A stretch of 62,035 nt of DNA, the filler included. It is 4 parts of 4 records of this genome, joined end to end, with 100 filler letters (N's around TTAATTAATTAA, not from the genome) between each part and the next. Parts side by side here need not be neighbours in the genome. Positions count along the whole stretch, not along the records: positions 1 to 25,366 come from SRR2962707_4805; 3 more parts are not named here. One strand, given 5' to 3'. A program made the translations under genes and the position numbers. The notes beneath the pieces were generated by a model. That model saw only the letters and a program-made list of their open reading frames with translations, made no database searches and was not told the origin of the DNA. This document shows, in pieces, positions 10,512-22,000 of the stretch (position 1 is the stretch's first letter; each line of letters begins with the position of its first letter).

Positions 10512-12821
10512 ATGAAAAACGAGACTGCACTGCTTTCGTCCGCATCGCGCCTCGCGCTCGTCGCAGGCATTACCGCATCGCTTTCCGCTTTTGCGACCGG
10601 CGCGGCGAATGCCCAGCAGCCCGCCCAGGCGGACGAACAGGAAGCCGAGCCCATCGTCACGGCGCCGCTCGACGTGCAGGGAAATGTCGATGGAGATTAT
10701 GTGACCGACCATCTTTCTTCGGCAAAGCAGACCGCGCCGCTCCTCGACACGCCGCAGACGATTACGGTCATTCCGCAGCAGGTCATCAAGGAGCAGGCCG
10801 CGCGCAATCTGACCGAGATTCTCCGCAATACGCCCGGCATCAGCTACAACGCGGGTGAAAACGGCTTCGGCACAAGCGCCAATAATTTCAGCCTGCGCGG
10901 CTTCGACGCGAGCGGCGACATCTTCATGGACGGCTCGCGCGATTCCGGCAGCTACACGCGCGATGCTTTCAACGTCGAGGACGTCGAGGTCTTCAAGGGC
11001 CCGGCAGCGGATAACGGCCGCGGCAGTGCGGGCGGGTACGTCAACATCATTACCAAGACGCCGGGCCTGCGGAACTTCATCGACGCCGATGTGAGCTATG
11101 GCTTCGACGAATATGACAGCGAGGATCGCCGTCGCGCGACATTCGACGTCAACCAGGTGGTCGGAGCCGGCGTCGCCATCCGCATCAACGGTCTCGTGGA
11201 AGACAGCGGCATCCCCGGACGAGAACACGCGGAAGCGAAAGCCTGGGGCCTCGCGCCGTCGGTCGCCTTCGGCCTCGGAACGGAATTCCGTACCGTGCTC
11301 TCCTTCGAGCATGTCGAGCGCGATGATCTGCCGGACTGGGGCGTCCCCGGTGCGGCTTATGCCGATCTGAATGCCACCAACCCGGACGGACAGGCAGCTT
11401 TCGATCCGGCGCTGGCAGGCCTTTCGCGCGACAATTTCTACGGTTTGTCATCGGACTTCGACGATGTGACGAGCGACGTCTTCCTCGCCCGCTTCGAGTA
11501 CGACCTTTCCCCCGCCGCGACGATCGACAACCAGACGCGCTGGTCCCAGGTCGATCGCACTGCGCGCTATACCGTGCCGACCGGCAATGCGGGCGGCGGT
11601 GTCATCAACACACAGACGCAGGCCTACGACCGCAAGAACACGACGCTCTCGAACCTCACCAATCTTTCCTACCGTTTCGCAACCGGCACGCTGAAGCACA
11701 CGCTCTCCACCGGCATCGAACTGACGAAAGAAGAGTCGGAGGCCGGTCGTTTCGGCACGGTCAACGACACGACGAGCGCCTTCAACCCCGATCCGAACCG
11801 CCGCGTCGGTGCGCCGCTGGTTCCGACCGCGACGAACGACGTCGAGGTCGAAACCGTAGCTGCCTATGTCTACGACACGATCGAGTTCGATCCGCAGTGG
11901 CAGGTCACGGGTGGCGTGCGCGCCGAGCACTACAAGGCCGACGTCTCCTCCTCGGACGCCACCATCGCCGGTTTTACGAGCTATGAGTCGAGCGAAACGC
12001 TTCTGGGCGGAAAACTCGGCCTGGTTTACAAGCCGGCATCCAACGCAAGCACCTACATCTCCTTCGGCGTGTCGGAAGATCCTTACGGTTCTTTCCTCTC
12101 AAACCCGGACATTTCCCGCACCGGAGACAACGCCTTTCCGGGTCTCGTACTCGGTGCCAAGCCGGTTACCTCCTACAACTACGAAGTCGGTGCGAAGTGG
12201 GACGTCCTTGATGAGCACCTCTCTCTCACAGCGGCCCTCTTCCACACCGTCCGGAAGGACGTTCCGATCGCAACCAGTTCGACAACGCTGGTCGGCTATG
12301 GCGAACAGATCGTCGAAGGCATCGAGATGGGGGCAGCGGGCAAGCTCACCGAGGAGTGGAACCTCTTCGCAGGCATCCTGCTCATGGACAGCGAGCGCAA
12401 GCACGACGCTGCTCTCGACGCCGCGCTTCTGGCGGCAAACCCCGGCGACTACGGCACGGCTCTGCGGACGAGCGGCGATGAACTGGCCTTCACGCCGAAC
12501 GTCACCGCCAATCTCTGGACGACCTATCGTCTGCCGGTCGGCCTCACCTTCGGCGGCGGTGTGCGCTATGTCGGCTCGTCCTATCTTGGCCGTCCGGACG
12601 ACGCGCTCCGCATCATACCGAACGGCAGATATGCCGAACTGCCGAGCTACACGGTCTTCGACGCCATGGTCTCCTATGAAGTGACCGAGAACGTCGACCT
12701 CCGTCTCAATATCGAGAACGTCACCGACCGGACCTATATTTCCTCCTCCAACTGGAATGGCCGCCGCGTGATGCTCGGCAATCCCCGGACCTTCATCCTC
12801 ACCACGAGCTTCAGCTTCTGA
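10512..12821 (+). CDS. TonB-dependent siderophore receptor (Fiu/PiuA-like)
   Basis: Signal peptide, LLDTPQTITVI, LRNTPGI, SLRGF, EVFKGP plug motifs, C-terminal Phe. Confidence 0.93.
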   Translation: MKNETALLSSASRLALVAGITASLSAFATGAANAQQPAQADEQEAEPIVTAPLDVQGNVDGDYVTDHLSSAKQTAPLLDTPQTITVIPQQVIKEQAARNLTEILRNTPGISYNAGENGFGTSANNFSLRGFDASGDIFMDGSRDSGSYTRDAFNVEDVEVFKGPAADNGRGSAGGYVNIITKTPGLRNFIDADVSYGFDEYDSEDRRRATFDVNQVVGAGVAIRINGLVEDSGIPGREHAEAKAWGLAPSVAFGLGTEFRTVLSFEHVERDDLPDWGVPGAAYADLNATNPDGQAAFDPALAGLSRDNFYGLSSDFDDVTSDVFLARFEYDLSPAATIDNQTRWSQVDRTARYTVPTGNAGGGVINTQTQAYDRKNTTLSNLTNLSYRFATGTLKHTLSTGIELTKEESEAGRFGTVNDTTSAFNPDPNRRVGAPLVPTATNDVEVETVAAYVYDTIEFDPQWQVTGGVRAEHYKADVSSSDATIAGFTSYESSETLLGGKLGLVYKPASNASTYISFGVSEDPYGSFLSNPDISRTGDNAFPGLVLGAKPVTSYNYEVGAKWDVLDEHLSLTAALFHTVRKDVPIATSSTTLVGYGEQIVEGIEMGAAGKLTEEWNLFAGILLMDSERKHDAALDAALLAANPGDYGTALRTSGDELAFTPNVTANLWTTYRLPVGLTFGGGVRYVGSSYLGRPDDALRIIPNGRYAELPSYTVFDAMVSYEVTENVDLRLNIENVTDRTYISSSNWNGRRVMLGNPRTFILTTSFSF

Positions 12822-12851
12822 GCAAGGTGACGGTTCGATGCAGAAACCAGA

Positions 12852-12878
12852 CCCGGCCGTTCGCGGCCGGGGTTTTTT
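12852..12878 (+). terminator. Rho-independent terminator after the receptor
   Basis: CCCGGCCG-TTCG-CGGCCGGG followed by GTTTTTT. Confidence 0.8.
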
Positions 12879-12957
12879 CCTGTCCGGCTGAAAACTGGCA
12901 GGCCGCGCCTCTCTCCCCTATACATGTGTGAAAGCGGACAGACGGAGCGCCCCGCCC

Positions 12958-13638
12958 ATGATGCTCACCATCCCCGATTTTATGACCCCGGATCAGGTGC
13001 GCCAGTGCCGTGCGGCGCTCGAAAAGGCGGACTGGCACGACGGCCGGGAGACCGCGGGCGATCTCGCTGCCCGCGTCAAGGCAAACCGTCAACTCGCCCC
13101 GGACGATCCGCTGGTGCAGCAGCTTGGCGATTTCATTCTCGAATGCCTCGGCAAGAGCGACCGCTTCATGGCCGCCGCCCTGCCGCTCAAGGTGTTGCCG
13201 CCCCGTTTCAACCGCTACGAGGATGGCGGCGCTTACGGCAATCACGTCGACAACGCCATCTTCAGCGTGCCCGGCACGCCGCACCGCATCCGCTCCGACA
13301 TGTCGGCGACGCTCTTCTTCAGCGAGCCGGACGAATATGACGGCGGCGAACTCGTCATCGAGGACAGCTATGGCAGTCACGCGGTCAAGTTGCCCGCAGG
13401 CCATCTGGTGCTTTATCCGGGCACCAGCCTTCACCGCGTAAACCCGGTAACGAAGGGCGTGCGCCTCGCTTCTTTCTTCTGGGTCCAGAGCCTCGTCCGC
13501 GAGGACAGCCGCCGCGCGCTCCTCTGGGAACTCGACGAGGCGATCCGCCAGGTCCGCAGCGAGAATGCCGAAAGCGAAGCCGCACCGAAGCTGATGGCCG
13601 TCTATCACAATCTGCTGCGCGACTGGTCTAACACCTGA
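12958..13638 (+). CDS. piuC: PKHD-type Fe(II)/2-oxoglutarate dioxygenase (PiuC/YbiX family)
   Basis: PPRFNRY, HVD...H facial triad, [22 protein letters not shown]; follows a Fiu-like receptor. Confidence 0.9.
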   Translation: MMLTIPDFMTPDQVRQCRAALEKADWHDGRETAGDLAARVKANRQLAPDDPLVQQLGDFILECLGKSDRFMAAALPLKVLPPRFNRYEDGGAYGNHVDNAIFSVPGTPHRIRSDMSATLFFSEPDEYDGGELVIEDSYGSHAVKLPAGHLVLYPGTSLHRVNPVTKGVRLASFFWVQSLVREDSRRALLWELDEAIRQVRSENAESEAAPKLMAVYHNLLRDWSNT

Positions 13639-13648
13639 TGGCCTTGTC

Positions 13649-14773
13649 ATGAGCCATTTCCTGAAGCCGCCCTTCGAGCGCATCCCGCCGTCCATCGCAT
13701 GCGCTGCCGACTACGAGGCGCCCGCGCGTGAACGGATAGAAGAAGGCGTCTGGGCCTATCTGAATGGCGCGGCGGCGGACGGTCTGACCTTCGCCGCAAA
13801 TCTCAACGCCTTCCGCCGCCTCCGTCTCGCCCCGCGTGTGCTGGCGGACATGAAAGGCGGCCACACGAAAATCGAACTCTTCGGTAGCGAGCTTGCGCAT
13901 CCGGTTCTCGTCGCGCCCGTCGCCTTGCAGAAACTCGCGCATCCCGATGGCGAGATCGCGACCGCCATGGCCGCCTCCGCGCTCGGTGGCGCCATGGTGG
14001 TGAGCGCCGAGGCGAGCACCCGGCTCGAAGACGTCGCCGCAGCGTCGCCCGGCCCTCTCTGGTTCCAGCTTTATATTCAGCCCGACCGCGACTTCACGCT
14101 GGCGCTTGTCCGCCGTGCCGAGGACGCGGGCTGCCGCGCTCTCGTCGTCACCGTCGATGCACCGGTAAGCGGCATCCGTAACGATGAACAGCGCGCTCGC
14201 TTCGTGCGCCCTGCCTCCGTCGAGCCGGTGAACCTTGCCGGTATGCGAACCCCGCCGCCGCGCTCCGCCGCAACGGGAGAAAGTCCCGTCTTCTCTTCGC
14301 CACTTGTCGAGGCCGCGCCCGGCTGGCCAGAAATCGCCTGGCTCCTGTCGAACACGCGTCTGCCGGTGCTTCTGAAAGGCATCCTCCACCCCGACGACGC
14401 CACGCGCGCGGTCGAGGCGGGCGCAGCAGGCATCGTCGTCTCCAATCATGGCGGCCGCGTCCTCGACACGGCTCCCGCCACCATCGATGCATTGCCCGGC
14501 ATCGTCCGTGCCGTCGCGGGCCGTGTTCCCGTGCTGATGGATGGCGGCGTCCGGCGCGGCACGGACGTCCTGAAGGCGCTTGCTCTCGGTGCGAAGGCTG
14601 TCATGGTCGGCCGTCCCGTGGTTCATGCGCTTGCCGCCGCCGGGGCCCCCGGTGTCGCCCATCTGCTCCACATGCTGCGGGCTGAACTCGAAGCCGCAAT
14701 GGTCTTGACTGGCTGTCGCACGCTGGACGACGTGACCTCCGCCGTGCTTTGGCGCGATGAGACGCCGGGCTGA
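13649..14773 (+). CDS. FMN-dependent alpha-hydroxy acid oxidase/dehydrogenase
   Basis: WFQLY, VTVDAP, LKGI, SNHGGR, DGGVRRGTDVLKALALGA. Confidence 0.92.
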   Translation: MSHFLKPPFERIPPSIACAADYEAPARERIEEGVWAYLNGAAADGLTFAANLNAFRRLRLAPRVLADMKGGHTKIELFGSELAHPVLVAPVALQKLAHPDGEIATAMAASALGGAMVVSAEASTRLEDVAAASPGPLWFQLYIQPDRDFTLALVRRAEDAGCRALVVTVDAPVSGIRNDEQRARFVRPASVEPVNLAGMRTPPPRSAATGESPVFSSPLVEAAPGWPEIAWLLSNTRLPVLLKGILHPDDATRAVEAGAAGIVVSNHGGRVLDTAPATIDALPGIVRAVAGRVPVLMDGGVRRGTDVLKALALGAKAVMVGRPVVHALAAAGAPGVAHLLHMLRAELEAAMVLTGCRTLDDVTSAVLWRDETPG

Positions 14774-14875
14774 CCTTATTCCTGCTCCTCCCGCGTAAAT
14801 TGAACTTTTGCCACGCCGGTGCGCCGTATAGGCTTTCTTTGAGGGAGACGCCTTGAGGGGGAGGAGAGGATACCG

Positions 14876-15397
14876 ATGGGCAACGAAAACGCGCGTCCGC
14901 TGGAGATCATGCTCCCGCCGATAGCGCTCGAACCTGCGCTGGACTGCGTATCTCCCGAAGTGCGCGAGGGGCTCGCCTATTGGCGCGCCAAGACCGCCGG
15001 GCGCGAGATGCCTCTGCAATCCGACATCCGTCCCGAGGAAATCCCGCATCTCCTTCCCTATCTCAGCCTTTTCGAGTTGCGGCAGGCACATGGACGCCTC
15101 GAACTGTTTCCGCGCCTTGCGGGCTCGAAATTCGAGGAAGTGTTCGGCTCCCTTCACAACAAGCCGCTCGAGACGGTGGTGCCGGCCGAAATCGTCGACC
15201 GCTGGCAGGGTGCCGCGCGAACGCTGATTGAAGCGCGCGAGCCACTTCGCGCGACGGGCGACGTGCTCTACGAGGAGAAGACTTTCATCCGCTTCGAACT
15301 GGTCATCGCGCCCTTGTCCAGAACCGGTGAGACGCTCGATGTGATGCTTCTGATCTGCAGCTTCGGCATGGCGGGCGAGGTCCGGCCCTTCGCCTGA
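14876..15397 (+). CDS. Stand-alone PAS-domain protein (PAS_5-like)
   Basis: YWRAK...P...DI.PEEIPHLLP...RLAGS pattern typical of alphaproteobacterial PAS_5 proteins. Confidence 0.7.
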   Translation: MGNENARPLEIMLPPIALEPALDCVSPEVREGLAYWRAKTAGREMPLQSDIRPEEIPHLLPYLSLFELRQAHGRLELFPRLAGSKFEEVFGSLHNKPLETVVPAEIVDRWQGAARTLIEAREPLRATGDVLYEEKTFIRFELVIAPLSRTGETLDVMLLICSFGMAGEVRPFA

Positions 15398-15515
15398 GAA
15401 CACGCCTGCGAAACTTTGTCCTGCGGCATTGGCGATGTACTCTCCCCGGCGATGACGCGCCTTTGCCCGGCGTGCGGATGAGAGCGCAGCAAACGCGCCG
15501 GAGCGGGGAGACGAG

Positions 15516-17399
15516 ATGGAACAGCCGAAAGATGCAACCGAAGCCACGCGCCTTGCGCTGGAGGCGCTTGTCCGCACCCTCCCGCCCGAAACCGGCGAGG
15601 ACAACGAACTCGTCCGCAAGGGCTTCATCGCCACCATCCCCGACGCGAAAGTCCTGAACGAGGCCGGCCACGCCGTCTGGGACATGGGCACCTTCGCCTT
15701 CCAGGACGAAGATTGCGGCTGCCCCGAAACGGTGAATCCGAGCCTCTGGCGTCAGGCGAAGCTGAATTCCGTTCACGGTCTCTTCGAGGTCACGAAGGGC
15801 ATCTATCAGGTTCGCAACTTCGACCTCTCCAACATCACCTTCATCGAAGGCGACACCGGCTACATCGTCATCGATCCGCTGATCTCCGCCGAGCCCGCCG
15901 CCGCCGCGCTCAAGCTGATGCGCGAGCATCGCGGCGACAAGCCGGTCACGGCGGTGATCTACACGCACAGCCATGTCGATCACTACGGCGGCGTGAAGGG
16001 CGTTCTCTCCGACGACGACATCGCCGGCGGCCTCCAGATCATCGCGCCCGAAGGCTTCCTCGAAGAAGCGGTCAGCGAGAACGTGCTGGCGGGCAACGCC
16101 ATGGGCCGCCGCGCGACCTACATGTATGGCGCGCTCCTGCCGCGCAACGCGAAGGGCCATGTCGATGCCGGCCTCGGCAAGACCGTGTCGATGGGGCAGG
16201 TGAGCCTCGTCCCGCCGACGGTGAGCATTTCGCAAACCGGCACGACGATGACGGTCGACGGCGTCGAAATCGTCTTCCAGGTAACGCCCGGCACCGAAGC
16301 GCCCGCCGAAATGAATTTCTACTTCCCGCAGTTCAAGGCGCTCTGCATGGCGGAGAACTGCTCCTGCCAGCTCCACAATCTCTACACACCGCGCGGCGCG
16401 CAGGTCCGCGACGCGAAAGCCTGGAGTTGGTACATCGACGAGGCGATAGACCTCTTCGCGACGAAGACCGACGTCCTCTTCGCCAGCCATCACTGGCCGC
16501 GCTGGGGTTCGGATGCCGCCGTCTCCTTCCTGAAGAAGCAGCGCGACCTCTACAAATATGTCCACGATCAGACGCTGCGCATGGCGAACCATGGCGACAC
16601 GCCGCTCGAAATCGCCGAGAAACTTGCGCTCCCGCCGACGCTCGCCGCCGAGTGGTACACGCGCGGCTATTACGGCACGCTGAACCACAACGCCAAGGCG
16701 GTCTATCAGCGCTACCTCGGCTGGTTCGACGGCAACCCCGCGAACCTCCACAAGCATCCGCCCGTCGAAGCCGGCCGCCGCTACGTCGAACTGGCGGGCG
16801 GCGCGCAAGCGCTCATCGACACCGCACGCGCCGCCTTCGCGAAAGGCGACTACCGCTGGGTCGCCGAACTCGTGAACCATCTCGTCTTCGCCGATCCCGC
16901 AAACGTCGAAGCCCGTAACCTGCAAGCCGATGCGCTCGAACAGCTCGGCTATCAGGCCGAGTCCGGTCCCTGGCGCGCTTTCTATCTCACCGCCGCCATG
17001 GAGCTGCGCAATCCGCGCCCGCCGTCGGATACGCCGCGTCAGGGCGCCGCCGGGCAGATCCGTTCGCTCCCCGCCGAGCAATTGCTGGATTCGCTTTCCG
17101 TCCGCCTCAACGGCGAAAAGGCGGGCGCGCGCGAACTCGCGCTCAACATCTGCTTCACCGACACGAACGAGCGCTTCCTCGTCACCGTCGAGAACGCGGT
17201 CTTTCATCACTACCCGGACCGTGACGCCGCCGCCGCGCCCACCGTCTCGCTGACCCGCGCCGTCCTCGCCGATCTCGTCATCGGCGAGCGCACGCTGCCG
17301 GATGATGCCGTCGCGATCGACGGCGACAGCGAGCCCTTCGCCACTTTCCTTTCGCTCCTCGACCGTTTCGATTTCTGGTTTGAAATCGTCATGCCCTGA
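15516..17399 (+). CDS. Alkyl sulfatase (SdsA1/YjcS family, metallo-beta-lactamase fold with dimerisation and SCP2-like domains)
   Basis: VNPSLWRQAKLN, THSHVDHYGG, TPGTEAPAEM, HHWP, RGYYG. Confidence 0.92.
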   Translation: MEQPKDATEATRLALEALVRTLPPETGEDNELVRKGFIATIPDAKVLNEAGHAVWDMGTFAFQDEDCGCPETVNPSLWRQAKLNSVHGLFEVTKGIYQVRNFDLSNITFIEGDTGYIVIDPLISAEPAAAALKLMREHRGDKPVTAVIYTHSHVDHYGGVKGVLSDDDIAGGLQIIAPEGFLEEAVSENVLAGNAMGRRATYMYGALLPRNAKGHVDAGLGKTVSMGQVSLVPPTVSISQTGTTMTVDGVEIVFQVTPGTEAPAEMNFYFPQFKALCMAENCSCQLHNLYTPRGAQVRDAKAWSWYIDEAIDLFATKTDVLFASHHWPRWGSDAAVSFLKKQRDLYKYVHDQTLRMANHGDTPLEIAEKLALPPTLAAEWYTRGYYGTLNHNAKAVYQRYLGWFDGNPANLHKHPPVEAGRRYVELAGGAQALIDTARAAFAKGDYRWVAELVNHLVFADPANVEARNLQADALEQLGYQAESGPWRAFYLTAAMELRNPRPPSDTPRQGAAGQIRSLPAEQLLDSLSVRLNGEKAGARELALNICFTDTNERFLVTVENAVFHHYPDRDAAAAPTVSLTRAVLADLVIGERTLPDDAVAIDGDSEPFATFLSLLDRFDFWFEIVMP

Positions 17400-17454
17400 A
17401 AACGCCCGTCGAGGCGCCTCGAAATTCCGTCACAGCAATCTCCGGGAGAAACTC

Positions 17455-18477
<1,023 letters not shown>

Positions 18478-18635
18478 CGCCTTGCGTGGGGCAGGGCGGG
18501 GGACTGTCCCGTTTTGACTGTGTCTTGCGGGAGACAGTCGGGCGGATTCCGTCTCTTGCCCGCGCCCGCCTCTGGCTTACTTCCTGTATATTGGGAAGAA
18601 CGCTGCGTGGCAGGCGAAGAAAGAGAGTGGACGAA

Positions 18636-19001
18636 ATGACGGCGAAACAAGAACCCCGCAAGGGGATGGTTGTCCTGGGGTTCGCGCTCGGCGCGGCCCT
18701 CTCCCTCGCGCCCTTTGCTGCGCTTGCCCAGGAAGCGGCAGACGAAGCAGTCCCCGCCGAGCAGGGCGGCGACGTCACCTATGAATTGTCCGACCCCGTG
18801 GATTCGCCCCCGGTGAACTACCGCTCCGACTTCGACGAAGACTACGACACGCCGGAGCTTCACGACGCCGAGATGTATGCCGAGGAATATGAGAAGCAGC
18901 GCGAGGAAGAGCAGATCCGCAACAAGGAACAGCTCGACCGCATCAACGACTTCTCCTCGGGCGCCGTCACGACCGATGGTGTCATGGGCGGCTCGCGGTA
19001 A
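18636..19001 (+). CDS. Hypothetical secreted acidic protein
   Basis: Signal-peptide-like ...APFAALA/QE and an acidic mature region; its stop abuts the tamB stop. Confidence 0.6.
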   Translation: MTAKQEPRKGMVVLGFALGAALSLAPFAALAQEAADEAVPAEQGGDVTYELSDPVDSPPVNYRSDFDEDYDTPELHDAEMYAEEYEKQREEEQIRNKEQLDRINDFSSGAVTTDGVMGGSR

Positions 19002-22000
19002 TCAGTAGTCCCACTTCCAGTTGATGCCGACATCGCTCGAAGCGTCGTTGCCGACTTTCGTGTCGACGCTGATGTTGTCGGTCAGGTCGATCTCGACCTT
19101 CACGCCGGAATCGCTCGCCAGCGCCCCCTGTTCCACGCCCACGTAAACGCCGTCGCGGACATATTTCCCCGCCGCAACCGTCGTGCCGCCCGATGCGCCC
19201 TGGTCGATGCGCAGCACGTCGAGCCCGAGCGTGTTCTGAACTTCACTCAGGATTCCAAAGCCGCCCACGCCGCTCCCTGAAAGCTGCGCCGCCGTGTTCG
19301 CAAGCTGCGCCGCCTCGAAGGCCGAGAGTTCGCCGACGCCCTTCTCGAACAGGATGCGCGAGATGATTTCGTCGCGCGGCAGCGACGGCGACGAGCTGAG
19401 CGAAATCTTCGGCGACGAGCCGCGCCCGGTGACCGCCACCGTCGCCTCGAAATCGCTCCGCTCATAGTCGAGCGCAATGTCGATACGCGGATCGATGGGC
19501 CGCTCGCCCGCAAAGATCACGCGCCCGCGCGACAGCGTGAATGTCTTGCCCGCGAAGTCGAGCGTGCCGCGCTCGGCGGTGAGCCGCCCGTTCTCGATCG
19601 GGTCTTCCGCAAGCCCCGTCACCCGCACCGATCCCACCCAGAGCGAGTCGATGCCGCGTCCCGAAACGCGCGCGGGCGGATTGCCGATGGCGAGTGTCAC
19701 GTTGAGTTCGAGCGGCAGCGGCGGCGTCTCTTCCGGGTCTTCCACCGTGTCTTCCGCGCCCGGCCCCTCGACCTCGATCACGTCGATGGTCGCAACCCCG
19801 CCCGGCAGCCGCTCCGGCACGATGAAGCGCGCCTGCGTCGTCGTCAGGTTGCCGGTGAGCTTCAGCGGTTCTTCGAGGCTCGGCGGCAGCGCCGGTCCCG
19901 TCAGCGCAAGGTCGCCCTCGACCGCGATCACAAGGTCTTGCCGCCGCACCACCTGCATCGCGTTGAAGACGGTGCGTACATCGACGGCGGGTGCCGCATC
20001 CGCAGAGAGCGACACTGTGCCTTCGGCACTCATGCGCCCCTGGCCGCTGTCCCGCGCGCCCATTTCGAAGCGCATCTCTTCGCTGCGCTGCCCCACGACG
20101 CGGAGCGACAGGTCGCGCAGCAGCGTGCCGGTCTCGTAATTCTCGAACGTGCCGTTCTCGATGGTCGCCTCGCCGGAAACGAGCGGCGCCGAAATATCGC
20201 CATCCGCCGACACGGCGACCTTCGCATCGCCCGTCAGCCGCTGCCCCGGCAGGTCGGCCAGCGCCATCAGCGAGGCAACAGGTCCCTCCCAGGTCAGCCG
20301 CCCCTCCACCGGTCCGCGCTCCGGCAGCATCGGCCACGCGCCGCGCGGATCGCGGACAAGCGGCAGCGACGCATCGAGCAGGAACGGTTCCTCGGAAACG
20401 CCGTGGGCCTCCGCCGTCAGTTCCAGCCGCCGCTTCGCCCACTCCGCGCTGAACACGGCGTCGAAGGCGGGGCGGATATCGAGCCCCGCTTCGGCAAGTG
20501 TCGCGCCGTCGAAGCGGAGCCGCGCCGTTCCCGTCTCGCGCCCCGTATCGAGCGCAACCTCGCCCGCCATCGTGCCCGCCATCGCATCGACCGGCAGCAG
20601 CGGTGAGATGAGTTCGAGCGGCAACCCGGAAATTTCAAGCGCGATGTCGGCGTCGCGCGGCCGGATCGAAATATCGCCGGTCAGCCCGCCCGGGCCCTCC
20701 GCGCTGTCGAAGTCGAGGTCGATGCCGCGCACCCGCGTCAGTCCGTCCGTCAGTTCGAGCTTCACCGGCGCGCCGAGCGTCGCCGAAGCGTCACCGATCT
20801 TCGCATCGAACTTCGTGAGCGTGATGAGCGAAGGCTCGTAGGTCGCGTCGAGGTCGAGCATCACCGGCTGCGCCTTCAGCGACAGCCGCTCGCCATAAAT
20901 GCCGGCCGAAATCGCGAGCTTGTCGAGCGGCCCCTTCGCCACAGCCTTGATGCCCGTGAAGCGCGTATTGCCCGTGCCGCCGCCCTCGACGGAGAAATTG
21001 GCGTCGAGCGCGGCGTCCCCCGTCGCGTCGGTCAGCAGCGCCGCCGCCTTCACCCGGTCGAGCGTCGCCGGCCCGTTGATGTCCAGGTCGATCTGCCGCG
21101 CCTCGAAAATAAGCCGCGCATCCTGCTCGCCCTGCGAGGCATCGAGCGCGATCTCGATATCGGCGCGCCCTTCCATCGGCACGCCCGCAAGCTTGCCGAT
21201 GGGCTGCAGCGCCACGCGCTTGCCGCTCAGCGTTCCTTGCGCCAGCCCCTCCGCCGTCACCGCGATGGCGCCGGTGAGCTTTGCCCCGAACATGTTGGCC
21301 TCGATGCCGTCGAAGCGCGCGCCGCCTTCTTCCGGCAGCGTCACTTGCGTGTCGAGCGTCGCGCGTCCGTCGTCGCCGATGAGCCGGAAGGAGACGGGCC
21401 CCTTCCCCTCGCTCAGCGCCGCGCTGAGTTTCGCTTCCCGCGCATCGAAGCCGCCGAGCGATCCCTTGGTAAGCACCGCGTCGAGCGAGAGGTCCGGTGT
21501 CTCCAGCGTACCGCCGATTGCCGCCGTCGCGTTCAGCGCGCCGCTCGCGCTTGTGCCCGCGAGCGCGCCGACCTCCGCCATTGCGATCCGCGCTTCGCCC
21601 CGCACCGCATTGTCGGCGCGCAGCGTGAAGTCGCCTTCGAGGTCGAGCTTCTCGCCCGCCCGTGCCGTCAGTCCCGTCACAGACACCGCGTTCTCGCCGC
21701 CGAAGTCGATCCGGCCCTCGCCGTTGAGTCCCTCCGCCAGCAGCGCGTCGAGTTCGGCGCTTCCCGTGTCGATGGCGCTTGTCTCGATGGTGAGGTCCGC
21801 TCCCCCCGCGCCGCCGTCGAGCGCGATGTTGGCGAAGGTGAGCGTCGCCGTGCCGCGCATCGGCTGATCGAGCATGTCGCCCACGGGCCGCAGGTCGGTG
21901 ATCTCCGCGCGCCCTTCGCCCGAAAGCGTGAAGCCGTCTTCTATTGCCGCCGTGCCGCTGAAAATGACGTCGCCCGCTTCCGTCGCAACCGCCGCTTCGC

